Positions 12,301 to 24,990 of a DNA stretch of 64,000 bases are shown here, piece after piece. How positions within the stretch are numbered: position 1 is the stretch's first letter; every line of letters starts with the position of its first letter. The notes under the pieces were generated by a model. It saw only the letters and a program-made list of their open reading frames with translations. It was not told the origin of the DNA and searched no databases. This stretch comes from Strigamia acuminata. Taxonomy: Eukaryota. The DNA is taken from positions 30,070,001 through 30,134,000 of the forward strand of contig OX442314.1 in assembly GCA_949358305.1 (NCBI GenBank), written 5' to 3'. The position numbers and the translations under genes were made by a program.

Positions 12301-14754
12301 CAATGTTCAACCAATGTTCAACCAATGTTCAACCAATGTTCAATTACACACACTGACTTTTGTACCAAACTTATTTGCGGACTACACTTTTATCCAGGGG
12401 TCGGCAACCTGCGGCTCTTTCGAAGTCAAGATCAGATACCATAATATTGAAACAAAAATGTTAGTGGCTCTTTAAAAACTGGGAAATTTTGTAAATTGTA
12501 ACTTTTGGCTCTTCCGTCTCAAAGGGTTGCCGACCCCTGCACTAGACTATCCAGACCCAATCGCATTTTCATACATTCAGTGCCGGATTAAACCCCGGGG
12601 AAACCTCTATACAGTGAAAATCTTGCGGCCCCTTCGCAAAGTAAAGTTTTCTCTTTGCGTCGATTCATTTTTTTCTATCTTCTTGGAAACAATTCACGAA
12701 AGCTTGACTGTCATTTACTTTCAATATGAAATCGATATCATTTTGACCATAAAAGGCATGGCACTGCATAGATGTCATTTATAATTTACAGCATTTAACA
12801 AACACGGTCTCCTATACAAACAGCCTTTCGATCCTTTCAATCTTTTTTTTTTTTTTTACATTTTTAGATTTAAAAAAAAGAAGTTTTAAAAGAAATTATT
12901 TTTCGGTCAGGTAATGATTTTTTAAGCACAAACATATTGGAAAATATATTTTTGAACCGTCTGGGTAGGTCCAACGGCCAAAAAACTGTTATCTTATAAT
13001 CTACAGCAGGAGTTCTCAAACTCTATAGCATTGCCATTTATAGCATTGCGACCCATTTCATCATCGGTGCAATAAATTTTTTCAAAATAAACTACCGTAT
13101 ATACTCGCGTATAATGCGATCCGCGTATAATGCGACCCCCCCATTTTAAGGCGCCTAAAACGAAATAAATGGTGTACGCGCGTATAATGCGAGTTACCAT
13201 AGTGTTGTGCCACAACAATGGAAAAATCAAATCAAATCAAATCAAATTCTCTCGCAGCGGCGGAGTTATTATTTTTCTCGGCAAATGCCACGACACGTAA
13301 TTTAAACCCGCTTCAAACCCCGCTTCAAACGACACACGCTTACGTTTCGGATTGTTGGATTCTTGCATTATTCGATTGTCGGTAGGTTGGATGGTTGTGT
13401 TGCGTGTTGTAAGCGATGGCCGAAATTATATAGGACGAAATGCGCACGTAATACGGGCGAAATACGAAACGTACCGTAGTACGTACGTTTTGTTAATTTT
13501 TTTTTTTTTTTTTTTTATTACGCGCGTATAGTGCGACCCCCCCAAACACGGGAACTAATTCTGGCATAAATATTTCGCACTATACGCGAGTATATACGGT
13601 ACTGACAGATTGTTACTATTTTCACAGCCTACAAAATTCATCACTTTGAGGAATTACGATACAAACCTCCATTTTTGGAGCTTTTTCGAGAATTTTGGAT
13701 TGTTTTTGTAGATTTTGAGAGATTTTTGGATGATTTTTGTAGATTTTGAGAGATTTTTGGATGATTTTTGTAGATTTTGAGAAATTTTTGGATGGTTTTT
13801 GTAGCTTTTGAGAGATATTGAGATGGTTTTTGTAGATTTTGAGAGATTTTTAGATGGTTTTTGTAGATTTTGAGAGATTTTTGGATGATTTTTGTAGATG
13901 TTGAGAGATTTTAGGATGGTTTTTATAGATTTTGAGAAATTTTTGAATGGTTTTTGTAGATTTTGAGAGATTTTTGGTTGATTTTTGTAGATTTTGAGAG
14001 ATTTTTGGATTGTTTTTGTAGATTTTGAGAGATTTTCGGATGGTTTTTGTAGATTTTGAGAGATTTTTGGATGGTTTTTGTAGCTTTTGCAAGCCCGCGA
14101 GCCTACGAGCATAGGACCCTTTCTAGGAAATACCTATGGTGAGGCGAGCATTATTAATGCCCCCACCCCAAAAGTAAAAAAAAAAAAAAAAAAAACCTAA
14201 AAAAAATCATTCTAGGCCGAAATTGCCGCCAATGTCAGTTTGCCAACCTGAGGCGTCCGCTTCTTTGCCTCACAGGTCGGCACGGCCCAGAACCAATTAT
14301 AGGCAGTAAGTTTGAATTGAAATTCTCAAAAATTGAAGAAAAAAAAATAGAAAAAAAAATCTGGGAACGAAAATTTTGCGCGCCAAAAGTGATTGAACAC
14401 CGGTGCGCCCCACCAAAAACACGCTCGGACCCCACAGTTTGATCTAAAGTATCTTTGTTCTGCAAATTTCTTTTTTGTCTTTCGATAATTAATACCTGTG
14501 AATAAGTGTCCGAGTCAGGATCCACATCCACAGTTGCTAAATAGTCTGGAAACGACTTCTCCTCTCCAGGATTAATGCAAGGCAAATAAATTATTTTCTC
14601 AACCGGGCCGTTCATTGCAGCCATAGGTGATGCATAGCCTGGTCCATGGTTTGCTCCATGACAACACACATTAGCAGCTGAAAACAATATTCTTATAAAT
14701 TAATAAATTCGAAACAAGTTGCTTAAATCCAAAACAAATCATTATCTTACCCAT
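9374..14754 (-). CDS. SELENBP1: Selenium-binding protein 1 / methanethiol oxidase, paralogue B (9 coding exons, 470 aa)
   Basis: Exons 14754-14751, 14677-14496, 11145-10960, 10895-10778, 10566-10211, 10151-10073, 9984-9800, 9736-9597, 9536-9374. Same exon sizes as A, GT-AG, no stops. Confidence 0.95.
11266..11848. mobile_element. Tc1/mariner-type MITE with ~200-bp TIRs
   Basis: CAAGGTGTATCAGAATT... / ...AATTCTGATATACCCTG long inverted repeats flanked by TA on both sides. Confidence 0.85.
12144..12343. repeat. 11-bp tandem repeat (AACCAATGTTC)n
   Basis: About 18 perfect copies; source of the [13 protein letters not shown]s. Confidence 0.95.
12395..12539. mobile_element. Short hAT-like MITE
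   Basis: TIRs CAGGGGTCGGCAACC / GGTTGCCGACCCCTG; TSD not clean. Confidence 0.65.
13095..13599. mobile_element. Tc1/mariner-superfamily MITE
   Basis: TIRs CCGTATATACTCGCGTATA / TATACGCGAGTATATACGG with TA TSD. Confidence 0.85.
13690..14085. repeat. ~31-bp minisatellite (GATTTTGAGAGATTTTTGGATGATTTTTGTA)n; shorter array at 22430-22565 in paralogue C
   Basis: Read directly. Confidence 0.85.
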
Positions 14755-15532
14755 AATGGGAACGTGATTCTATCGAGTTTTATGCACCGAAATGAGCATG
14801 AGCGAATGAAACCTTGAACCAGAGGCAATAAAATGGAATGGTCTGTCGACCAATAACACTTCATGTGCTATTAAATTGATTAACGTCACTCGTTCCCACC
14901 AGGGCGGCGCTTCTATCACTGTCGGGCTAGTTTAACACGTGCTGTAGTAGATTCAAGCAGCTCAAAACATTAAAAACCATTTAAAAACAACATAATAACC
15001 AATTGAGTAGGTAAATATAACAGAATTGTTAAGTTTGTAATATGTTTTTGTTTCATTTCCCTAAAAAAAAATTTTTCTAGGCCTTGATTGTAATTTTTCA
15101 CTGTGTTGTTCCATCTGTTGCAAATTAATATCGATAAAATTAAAACAAGAAAGAAGTCTTGCATGAAACCATAAGATTGTATAAATTTCTGCAAATCACG
15201 ATGTTTTGACTGTATTAAATGTCAAATTTCGCCAATAGATGGCGCCTTTAGTATTTAGCGGTAAATTCAACTAGGAAATTGCCATTTGAATTTAAAATCA
15301 CATAAAATCATGTTTTATGTGAATTTAAAGCCAGAACACACTTTTTCCAATATATTTATTGTAATAATGTTTAATTTAGCAGTTTTTATGATAACTCCAA
15401 AGAACTTATCATAAAACTAGGTCAGGGGTTTAACTGTCCCTCACACTGGCATCAAGTTCAGACCCCACTTGGATTAAGTGAAAAGACTTAATCCAAAAGT
15501 GTCTTGGCTATCCAGTTCCTGTTCTTCCCTAA

Positions 15533-16093
15533 AGCTAAGTACACATGAGATGATTCCGTGCATGGAATGATCACTTTCCGTGTATGTCCGAAAGTTTGGG
15601 TCAGTGTGGTACACATGGTTCTGCTTACCACACACGGAAACTTTCTGGCGACCGAAATTTTATTCTTTCCGGCAGTGATGGTGCACGGAATAGCTTGAAT
15701 TGTTTCCGTGCACGAACAGATTCTGAGTACCCAGAATGCATTGTGGTAATGCGACCGATCGTGACCGGTCGTACACAAGGTGTGGAGGTGGATACTGAAT
15801 ACAAAGACAGATAATACTAAAATTGTGTGATTAATTTATTTTATTATTTATTATTAATTATTAACTTAAAAATAGAGCAATCCATTTATTTTGCACAATC
15901 AAACTCCAACATTTTTTAAAAGTGGTCGCCATTTGTATTTACAACACGTGCACGGATTGTGTGTACCAAACAATTTCCGCGCACGAAATGACACAGCCAA
16001 ACACACAAGCAGAATCATTTCGTTTGCGGCGTGACAACCTGATATTTCAGACTCTGAATATTCAGAGTCTGAAAGTCTCATGTGTACTTAGCT
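15533..16093. mobile_element. PIF/Harbinger-like MITE
   Basis: TIRs AGCTAAGTACACATGAGA / TCTCATGTGTACTTAGCT with TAA TSD. The empty site is visible in the paralogous repeat near 41925. Confidence 0.8.
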
Positions 16094-17412
16094 TAAGAGA
16101 GAGCTAGGTTCTGCGTATCCAGTTCCTGTTGACCACCTGGAAAGTCACTAATGAGGAATGCGTCATGAGTATCCAATCTCTGTGCACAGGGATTGGAGGG
16201 ATTCTGGTAACGAATATTCCCATTGGGGCAGTGGTCAATCCAATTGTTCGACTAGAGTATACATTTTTTCAGCTATTAACCAATTTCTTTCAACAATTTA
16301 CCAAGTTTTAACTAGAACGTTTGTTAGATACATAAAATTCGAGTGATTTCTTAAGTTATCTTCTCATTTGAAAAGTTTCTAAGCCAAGAAATCATAATCA
16401 ACTAACGTTTTAAACCTTTTTCTCAAAACTTTTCAGCAAGAGATAATTTTTTAAAAACAGTTGTAAACTATATGGATTGTGCTCTACAACTTTCTAATTC
16501 ACCTTTTCTCTCTATCTATCAAGGTTCTCGAGTTACAATATGGATGACATTTAAGATGTCCTCTGAGATCAAGTTGAATGTCGTAATTGGATTTTCCCCA
16601 AAATACTACCCTGACAATCATTTTGCTAAATCAACATCTAAAACAGTTTGGGAATTATTTACTGTGAACCAGACTTTCTGACCACATACCAAACCGGCAG
16701 TCGCCAGCTTTGAATCTATCACCATTGTAATACAATTCAGATCACAAACAAACATTTGTAGTCTTGCAATATCTTACAATGTAAAGGGATACAAACTCCC
16801 AGTGGACGCTGAGACAATTAACCATCAGACAGACGCCCACAATTACCCGAGGTGCAGCTATTTGAAGAATGGGAAGAAAATGGGAGAACTTCAACTTCCT
16901 ATGGGCAGTTGCATTTTCTTCCTCACAAGAGAGCATCAAACTGCTAGTTTATTAGTAGACAATAGATAGAATACAGAGAACAATTCTGTTTCATCCTATT
17001 TTGGATTGACAATTTTCTTTCAAAAACTTGAAGATAAAATATTTATGTTTACTTTCTTTTTTAGAAATATTAAATCGAAATATTAAAAGAAACAAAACAA
17101 CAATTTTTATTCGAAAATTTTAAGATAAATTTCTCATGTTTGTTCTTTCTTTTGAGAAGTTAACTAAGAAAATAAATCACGGCTGATGAAGTTACGGACT
17201 TATGAAAATTTACATCGGTTTACACTTGGTGTGGAGATGGGTACTATAATGCCTCCAGGTCCGGGTGCCCGACGACGGCTGTGTAGTCGTGAGGAGATCG
17301 TGTCCGGTGATGGGCGTTTGCCATCGGACGTGATAAAGATTTGTAGATTGTACCTCTGGCGATGACTAGGTCCATTGGGTTTGGTATACTGGGATATGTG
17401 TCCGGTGATGGA

Positions 17413-17730
17413 CAGGGGCGGATCTAGCTTTTTGGGGGCCCTTTATAAAAAAATATATATGTATATTAAAAAGATACAATGACATAACCTGAAACAGTTT
17501 CCGTTCCGGAAACCACCAAATGACATCAAAGATGCTCAATGATGTAAAAAATGTCAAGAAGACGCCAAAGGATGTCAAATGACATAAAAACCGATATTAC
17601 TTTTACACTTACACGTTTTATTGCTTCTTAAAACATAACATACTTGTACACTGCGTTGTGTCTTGTTGCCCCCTAGAATTTGGGGGCCCTGGGCTCAAGC
17701 CCAATTTGTCCTGATGTAGATCCGCCCCTG
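17413..17730. mobile_element. hAT-like MITE
   Basis: TIRs CAGGGGCGGATCTA / TAGATCCGCCCCTG; 8-bp TSD GTGATGGA/TTGATGGA (7 of 8). Confidence 0.8.
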
Positions 17731-18652
17731 TTGATGGATGATGTTTACCATTGGGCTTGGTATAGGAGAAGACCGCACCTGGTGTGAGATTTACCGTCAA
17801 GTTCAATATGGTTGTAGATCATGTCCGGTGATGAGTGGCGTTGACTATCGGACCGGATGTAATTCAATAGTTATAGACTCATCTTTGGCAGATCATTCGT
17901 GGCATTTTTATTTTACATAATTACCTAAAAATACCGGTTTACCGGTTTTTGAATATTGAATACCGAAATACCGGTTTTTCCAAAAGTCCTGATTTTGAGA
18001 AACCCTAGTCGTGCATTGCAGTGTGTCACTCCGAGGCTACAGAAGACTTCAAATTTTTATTTGATGCTTTAGACTTACAAACCAAACGCCCTAATCGCCG
18101 ACTGTGCGGAAGCAATAACTTGGGCGGGGGAGGAGTTTTTCCAGTTTAGTCTTTTTCGGGGGCGGGAAATACAGTCTTTTTGGGGGGCTAATAAATCGTA
18201 TCCTTAGTGAATTTAGATGGGTAAATTTATAGTATTTTATTTTTATCAGTTATTGACCAATCAGAGCTCAGATTTGATTTTGAAATCAAATAAAAAATCA
18301 ATCAAATGTAATTTGCTGTTATTTGTTGCTTCTATCACACGACAGCTGAATGCTGATAGTGTAAAGAAGACTGGGTTGATCAGACATGCAAAAATGACCT
18401 GGTCATAATAAGAGTAGTTTAATTTGTTAATTTTCTCCGGCATTTGAAAGAAGAGCGCAAAGAGATGGCTTCCGGTTCGGCAATTTTGTATCGCTAATGG
18501 GTGTCCCAGTTCTTTATGTCCAAAATCTGCTGGTCATCCATAAATTAGAGCTCGCAAGCTTTTGGTTGAAACAAATTTTAATGTATACAAAATACGAAAC
18601 TTAAATTACAACATTTTTTTTTTAACATCAACTGGCAATATAAGCATTTGAT

Positions 18653-21600
18653 TTACAACCAAATATCTGAGGTGCAATCCCCACCCGGATATCTCATTTC
18701 ATGAGCCAACACTGGCCCATTTGGCTCCGCACCGAAATCCACAATAAATTTTTCGTTAAGTCTCAATCCGCCATCTTTTGTATTAACATCAACCTGCAGC
18801 ATAACGCTTCCTTTTCTAAATATAAAACAAAATTTAATCCAAACAAAAACTAAATCACTCATTGCGAATAATTACTTCGTCATATTGGGATAAAATTGTT
18901 TATCGTAAGAAGTGTACAAAGATGTCGTTACATAAAGGCGCTTTCCATCTAAGCTCAACTGTATCATCTGTGGTCCGCCTTCGACTGGAATACCTTTGAC
19001 TTTCAATTGCTCAGGCTGTAAAGTCAAACGATGCAATCAGTATTAATATCAACACAAAACAAGAGCTATCTGTAATGCACGGAAGCATTACATCTTAGAC
19101 TTCTAAACCCCTTCTACACGTGTATAGAAATACCGTAAATCTTTCCGTCTAAATTGATGTATAAAAAAAAAGTTGTCGGAGAAATACGAAAATTCCGTTG
19201 CCCGTTTGGCTCTAGCTGCTTTCGTTTTGGAGGAGTTGATGCGGACAGACGGACGGACAGACAGACAGAACCGTTTTATTGGACTTTCTAAACATAGAGT
19301 TTAGACGTCTAAAAGAGGGAAAAGATCTTACTTGTTTTTCAGGAGGATGAACAACAACAGGACCGTTAGTACACAGACTGCCACTGATAAAAATCTGTCC
19401 CACAAGTTTGGGATTCTTGGTGTCTTGGATGTCGTATTGACGGATATCACCTTGAAGCCAATTGCTGATGTACAAGTACTTATCATCCAGAGATATTAAA
19501 ATATCACCTATCAGACCTGAAACAGCAAACAAACAACGCTGAAAAATCATTACCATTTTTCGAGACCTCATTAAATCAAAATCGTGTCAACAAAAATAAA
19601 ATTGGTTGTAGCCTATTACAGTCGAGCCTCGTTATAACAAATCACAAAGGAGCCGAGAAATAGTAGGTGTTGGGGACAGGGGATTCCTCAGCCAGGAGTG
19701 ACTAATGCTGTTTCTTGGGTTTTCTTCTTAACAAGGGTGGCCGGCACCCCCCTTAACCCCCCCCCCTCCCCATGCAAACCTCACTTTAACTGGTTTTTAT
19801 TAATGTGATGGGGAATTGGGCACTTATTTAGTTGTGATATGGTCAGTATGCATTAGTCATTCCTGGCTTGTTATAACAAAAAATTCATTATATCATGGTT
19901 CGTTTAACAAGGTTCAACGTTAAATCCTTATTTTTCTCACTTGGCATTTGACCGAGTAACCAATTTGTTACATTCTTGGCAGGAATTGATATCACCGGTT
20001 TGGCATTCCACTTTTCATTCTAAAAACAAACAAAATAACTTAGTTGAATGACATTAAATAAACTGGTCAAAATACCTCTTTAAAGAAATGAACAATTGTG
20101 GATCCCAAAGCACATCCTACATAGCCTTCACTTGCATCTGGATTGTGCAGAAAGCGTATCTCTAATGGCATTACACATTGAGACCCTAAGTCGATTGTTT
20201 CCAGCAATTTGTGCTCGCTCCAACTCCACACATTCAAGCTTTGTCCATATAAGCCTTCGGCAACATGCTCTGGATTGAAGCCGCTCCTGAATGCTTTCGG
20301 TGCACCCCATTCTGAACTTATAAGAACATCGTGTCGTGGTTGATACCAGAAATCGTAACCAAACTTAATGCTTTCTTTCTCCCAGGTTCCTTTGAATTCG
20401 AATGTACTGCCATCCAGCAACACGAAACTTCCTATTAATTTAAGACAAAAAATATAACCGTCAATCACAGTCATTCTTCTTCTTGTGGCCCAACCTGTCC
20501 AGATATCCCAGTACTAAATTTGTTCCCAGTCCAGCCCTGGGTGCCCATTGCCCGCGCCACAATTGAGATTGAAACAGAATATTCTGCGGTTTTCAGGGCT
20601 TCTTTATCGGTATTTAACGGTATCAAAAACCGGTATTTTTTAAGAAAATACCAAATGCAGAATACTGTCTTTAGTTCGGTATTGGTACCGGTTTCTTCCG
20701 ATAGGGGTTCCTGAGATAGTGATATTTGTCACGCATATTGAATGGCACTTTTTTATACATAAAAATGCAAAGTTATCGATTTTTTTAACTTAAAAATGTG
20801 AATTTGTCAATTTTTATACATTAGAAATTACAAATTAATCGATGTATTTTCCACGTAAAAATGAGAATTTACCACTACGAATGAGATTAGGCCTAAGAAA
20901 ACAACAATCGTTCTCCCGACCAATCCCGAGGTGGTGTAACAAACCGCTTTTGACGTCTAATTGGTTCTTACCGCGAAGAAATTCCTGGCGCCATGCATAA
21001 TTCCCAGGAATTTTTCTCGTGCTAGCGCCCTAGCAGCTTTACATCATTGGTTACCGTTTACCGTACTCAAGCTGTGATTAAATTTCATTTTCTAACCTTT
21101 TGAGTTGCCGTCTTTGTCTCCCATCGTACTTATCATAACATCACCGTTCGGAAGGCAGTGAGTAGTATGAGGCGCACTGGAATTGCAACCGTGAAGTACT
21201 TCAGGTTCAACCACCTGTATTAAAATTTAAACTTCACCAAATGTTTTTTACTATAAGATTAATTACCAGATTAATTACCTTAAAGATGCAAGGGGCCTTT
21301 GGGTTAGTCATCGTATCGATCACATAAATACGGTCGCTGTTCATGCAAGGCATCACCAAGCGATTGCGGCTTTTTGTGGTATCGCCGAAGCACCCGCTGC
21401 AAGCATTCCAACCAGAATGATGAAATTCATCTCCTAGATTTGGCATAGGCAAGCGATGGATCACCTGTTAATTAAATTCATTACGTGACGCAAGAAGCTG
21501 CATTCAACAAAGTTTTTTCTGTTGTGATATTGTTCGGTGAGTCACCATCAAATGGTGTACAATATATTTGTATATATTTGAATATACAGGGTGTCCCAAA

Positions 21601-23236
21601 AGTCTGAACCACCCTAAATATTTCTTAGGAAATTGCATCTAGGCCTCCTTTGATGAGGCGATCGTATAGGAAGTTGGGTGAGAGCAATCTAATAATGTCA
21701 TCTAATTTGACCTTGAAGGCCATTTTCAAGGTCATTCACTTGCTAACTTCTAAACCAATCAGGTTAGAGCAAAATTTCCAATCAGAAAGTGGTAGAGCAT
21801 GGCATAATTAGTCTAAAAACATGATTTACTAAAAATATTTTCCTACAAAATGTTTGGAAAAACCTATTAAAATTGTCTCTACAGCTGCATGATGAAATTA
21901 AGTAAACATAGTAAATAAGCTTTACCAAAATTTCAACAAATTTATCAAAATAATCTGCAAACATTAGATTTTCTTTAATCAATTATACACCCTCGCAACG
22001 TAAAGTTTTCTCTTTGCATCGATTCATTTTTTTTCTATCTTCTGGAAGCAATTCACGAAAGCTTGACTGTCATTTTCTTTCAATATCAAATCGATATCAT
22101 TTTGACCATAAAAGGCATGGCACTGCATAGATGTCATTTATAATTTACAGCATTTAACACGATCTCCTACAAACAGCCTTTCGTCCTTTCGATCCTTTCA
22201 ATCTTTATTTTTTTTTACAATTTTAGATTTAAAAAAAAAAGAAAATTAAAAAGAAATTATTTTTCGGTCAGGTAATGATTTTTTAAGCACAAACATATTG
22301 GAAAATATATTTTTAAACCGTCTGGGTAGGTCCGACGGCCAAAAAACTGTTATCTTATAATCTACAGCAGAGGTTCTCAAACTCTGTAGCATTGCGATCC
22401 ATTTATAGCATTGCGACCTACGATAATTCAGTTTTTGTAGATTTTGTGAATTTTTTGATGGTTTTTGTAGATTTTGACAGATTTTTGGACTTTTTTTTGT
22501 AGATTTTGACAGATTTTTGGACTTTTTTTTGTAGATTTTGACAGATTTTTGGATGGTTTTTGTAGCTTTTGCGAGCCTGCGGTGTATTGCAACCATACAG
22601 TAGGGCCGTTCCTAAGAAGTATCTATGGTGAGGCGAGCAGCATTATTAATGCCCCCCCCCCCCCCCCCCCGCATAAACAAAAAAAAACAAAAAAAAAAAA
22701 CAAAGAAAAAACCAATATTTGCGAAATAATAATAAAAAAAAAAAATCTGGGCGAAATTGCCACCTCTTTGCCTCATAGGTCGGCACGGCCTAGAACCAAT
22801 TCCAGGCATTAAGTTGGAATTGAAATTCGCAAAAATTTTGCGCGACAAAGTGATTGAACAAATTGAACGCCCCACCAAAAACAAGCTCGCGCCCACCAGT
22901 GAGGCGAGCCCCACAGTTTGATCTAAAGTATCTTTGTTCTGCAAATTTGTTTTTTGTCTTTCGTTAATACCTGTGAATAAGTGTCTGAGTCAGGATCCAC
23001 ATCCACAGTTGCTAAATAGTCTGGAAAAGACTTCTCCTCTCCAGGATTAATGCAAGGCACATAAATTATTTTCTCAACAGGGCCCTTCATCGCGGCAATA
23101 GGTGATGCATATCCTGGTCCACGGTTAGCTCCATGGCAACACACATTAGCAGCTGAAAACAATATTCTTAGAAATTAATAAATTCGAAACTAGTTCCTTA
23201 AATCCAAAATTAAATCATCATGTTGTGCTTACCCAT
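18653..23236 (-). CDS. SELENBP1: Selenium-binding protein 1 / methanethiol oxidase, paralogue C (9 coding exons, 470 aa)
   Basis: Exons 23236-23233, 23152-22971, 21464-21279, 21214-21097, 20431-20076, 20019-19941, 19516-19332, 19015-18876, 18815-18653. GT-AG, in frame. Confidence 0.95.
19060..19311. mobile_element. DINE-1/HINE-like non-autonomous Helitron-type insertion in SELENBP1-C intron 7
   Basis: Absent from A and B. Inserted in an A/T run with no obvious TSD, starts (AA)CAAGAG, contains a (GACG/GACA)n microsatellite and subterminal inverted TTAGACTTCTAAA / TTTAGACGTCTAA. Confidence 0.55.
21587..21992. mobile_element. Tc1/mariner-like non-autonomous element; related copies at 40111-40480 and, inverted and partial, at ~16330-16500
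   Basis: TA|CAGGGTGTCCCAAAAGTCTGAACCACCCTA start and the following ~210 bp are shared with 40111. Confidence 0.7.
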
Positions 23237-23592
23237 CTTGGGAACGCGATTCTATCGAGTATTAAGCACTGAAATGACAAAGTTGAAATCAAGGTTGAAT
23301 GTCGTTCAACCTTGAACCACACACCGGCAGAGCACGAGTCAACGTCACGTGGTTTGAGCTACGGAGGCCGAAATTAACATCCACTTTTTGTCTTTTCACA
23401 ACATAATCTTGTTTAACTTTATTCTTTTAAAGATTTCACAAACCAAGATACATTTAATCCACTTTTAATACCCCTTTTTCTTTGCTTTTTGTATCAAGTT
23501 ATCTCGTTTCACCGCAAAATTTAAAAAATATAAAAATATTCCCAAAAATCATTGAAATTTAGTTGTACAGAAAAAAAAACCAAAAGAATTGT

Positions 23593-24149
23593 TCACTGGT
23601 CGACTTTTTCTTTCATTGAAGCAGCCTTATCTTTATGCTTTTTCTTCGTCACGACAACCGGAGGAGCTCGCATGCTGCACGCCGTGTAACCCACAATAGC
23701 AGTGAACCCACTAAACAGCGCCGAAAACACGGCAAGTTGGCCGAACTGCGTCTTGGCCGCCTCCTTTAACTTCGCCACCTCTTCCTTTTTCATCGCTATC
23801 ATCTTCCTTCTGTAGTGATATGACGTATACATAAGCACCAAACTTGTCAGTGCAGTTACCACTATGCCTGTACGAGGAAAAAGCGTTTAATACGCGCGCC
23901 ATTTGCAAATTTGCTTTGCGCGGATTTTTTACCTAGCGGTACCAACGGCTCTTCCTTAACTTCGTGGGCAAGCCGCTTGCGCGCGCCTTTGCCTTGTAAG
24001 CCATGCTGCTGTCCGGGTGTCTGTCCGGGTGTCTTTGCGGTTGTCTTTGCGGGTGCGGCCGCCTGTTCGGGCCCCTGTTCGGGCGCCTTACCGGGCGCTT
24101 CTTCCTTTGCCGGTGGTGGTGGTTGGTCGTGGTCATTCGCGCGGACCAT
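23593..24149 (-). CDS. Divergent HIG1-domain-like membrane protein (2 coding exons, 163 aa)
   Basis: Exons 24149-23933 and 23867-23593 joined by a 65-nt GT-AG intron with a polypyrimidine tract. Product ...RKRLAHEVKEEPLVPLG|IVVTALTSLVLMY...LAVFSALFSGFTAIVGY resembles the HIG1 'K-E-x-P-x-VPIG' plus two-TM pattern. Same intron position and phase as the neighbouring HIGD1 gene. Confidence 0.7.
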
Positions 24150-24569
24150 CAGAATTACCTGGACAAGTCCCAACTGTAATGTGAGGTTGAATTTGTGGGC
24201 GATTTTTGAGTTTTGGTCGGGTTGTTTAGTTTCGTTTACCTTAAACGTGAAATAAATTGATCATTGGATTAAACGCACAATTTTTGTTAACTGGATTACG
24301 ATCCAGAAAATTTGGATTCCTCCCGCCCTGGTTCATAAATCTATTCCATTTGGGTGACACAATGACAAGGGTTATTGCATTATTTAAGCGAATAACAATA
24401 ACAATGGATGTTCAATTATTGTTTGGACCTAAACCTAAATGTGTATTTTTAGTCGTATAACACACTGAGATGTGCACTTATATTTTCACGTGCATAAAGC
24501 AGAAAATGTGCATTTTTTTTCTGCAAAAAAAAACAAACTAATTTGCATTTTTTACTAAAAAAAAAACTA

Positions 24570-24990
24570 AATATCTCTTTTTATACTTCAAAAATTCTAA
24601 ATATGCATTTTTAGACACGAAAATTCCTAAATATGCATTTTTAGACTTCAAAAAACCTAAATATGCATTTTTAGACACAAAAATACCTAAATGTAAATTT
24701 TTTAGACAATAAAACACCTAAATATGCATTTTTAGACAAAAAAAACCACCTAAATATGCATTTTCAGACACAAAAATACCTAAATGTAAATTTTTTTAGA
24801 CAATAAAAACACCTAAATATGCATTTTTAGACACAAAAATACCTGAATGTAAATTTTTTAGACAAAAAAAAACATAAATATGTATTTTTAGACAGAAAAA
24901 TACCGAAATGTAAATTTTTTAGACAAAAAAACACCTAAATATGCATTTTTAGACAACAAAAAAACCTAAATATGCATTTTTAGACATATT
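24570..24990. repeat. ~30-bp diverged tandem repeat (CCTAAATATGCATTTTTAGACA...)
   Basis: About 13 copies read directly. Confidence 0.8.

Larger units (their letters stand above)
15197..17900. mobile_element. Old copy of an unclassified dispersed repeat (second copy at 41591-42446), interrupted by younger MITEs; right end uncertain
   Basis: Shared blocks ATAGATGGCGC...GACTTAATCCAAAAGTGT...TATCCAGTTCCTGTTGACCACCTGG...GTCCGGGTGCCCGA...GTGAGGAGATC. Both copies appear to begin CACG. Confidence 0.6.

Noticed and set aside
12102..14112. [11 protein letters not shown] and [12 protein letters not shown] repeat ORFs
   Set aside because: Intronic 11-bp and 31-bp tandem repeats; unit lengths are not multiples of 3.
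1524..23236. Selenocysteine (in-frame TGA) or SECIS in the SELENBP1 copies
   Set aside because: No in-frame TGA was seen in the reconstructed CDSs; all end in TAA. SELENBP1 is not a Sec selenoprotein.
23700..23780. Orai-like TM1 similarity (AKLK...SALFSGF)
   Set aside because: Short match lacking the Orai pore Glu and the four-TM layout. Splice structure and the upstream motif fit HIG1 better.
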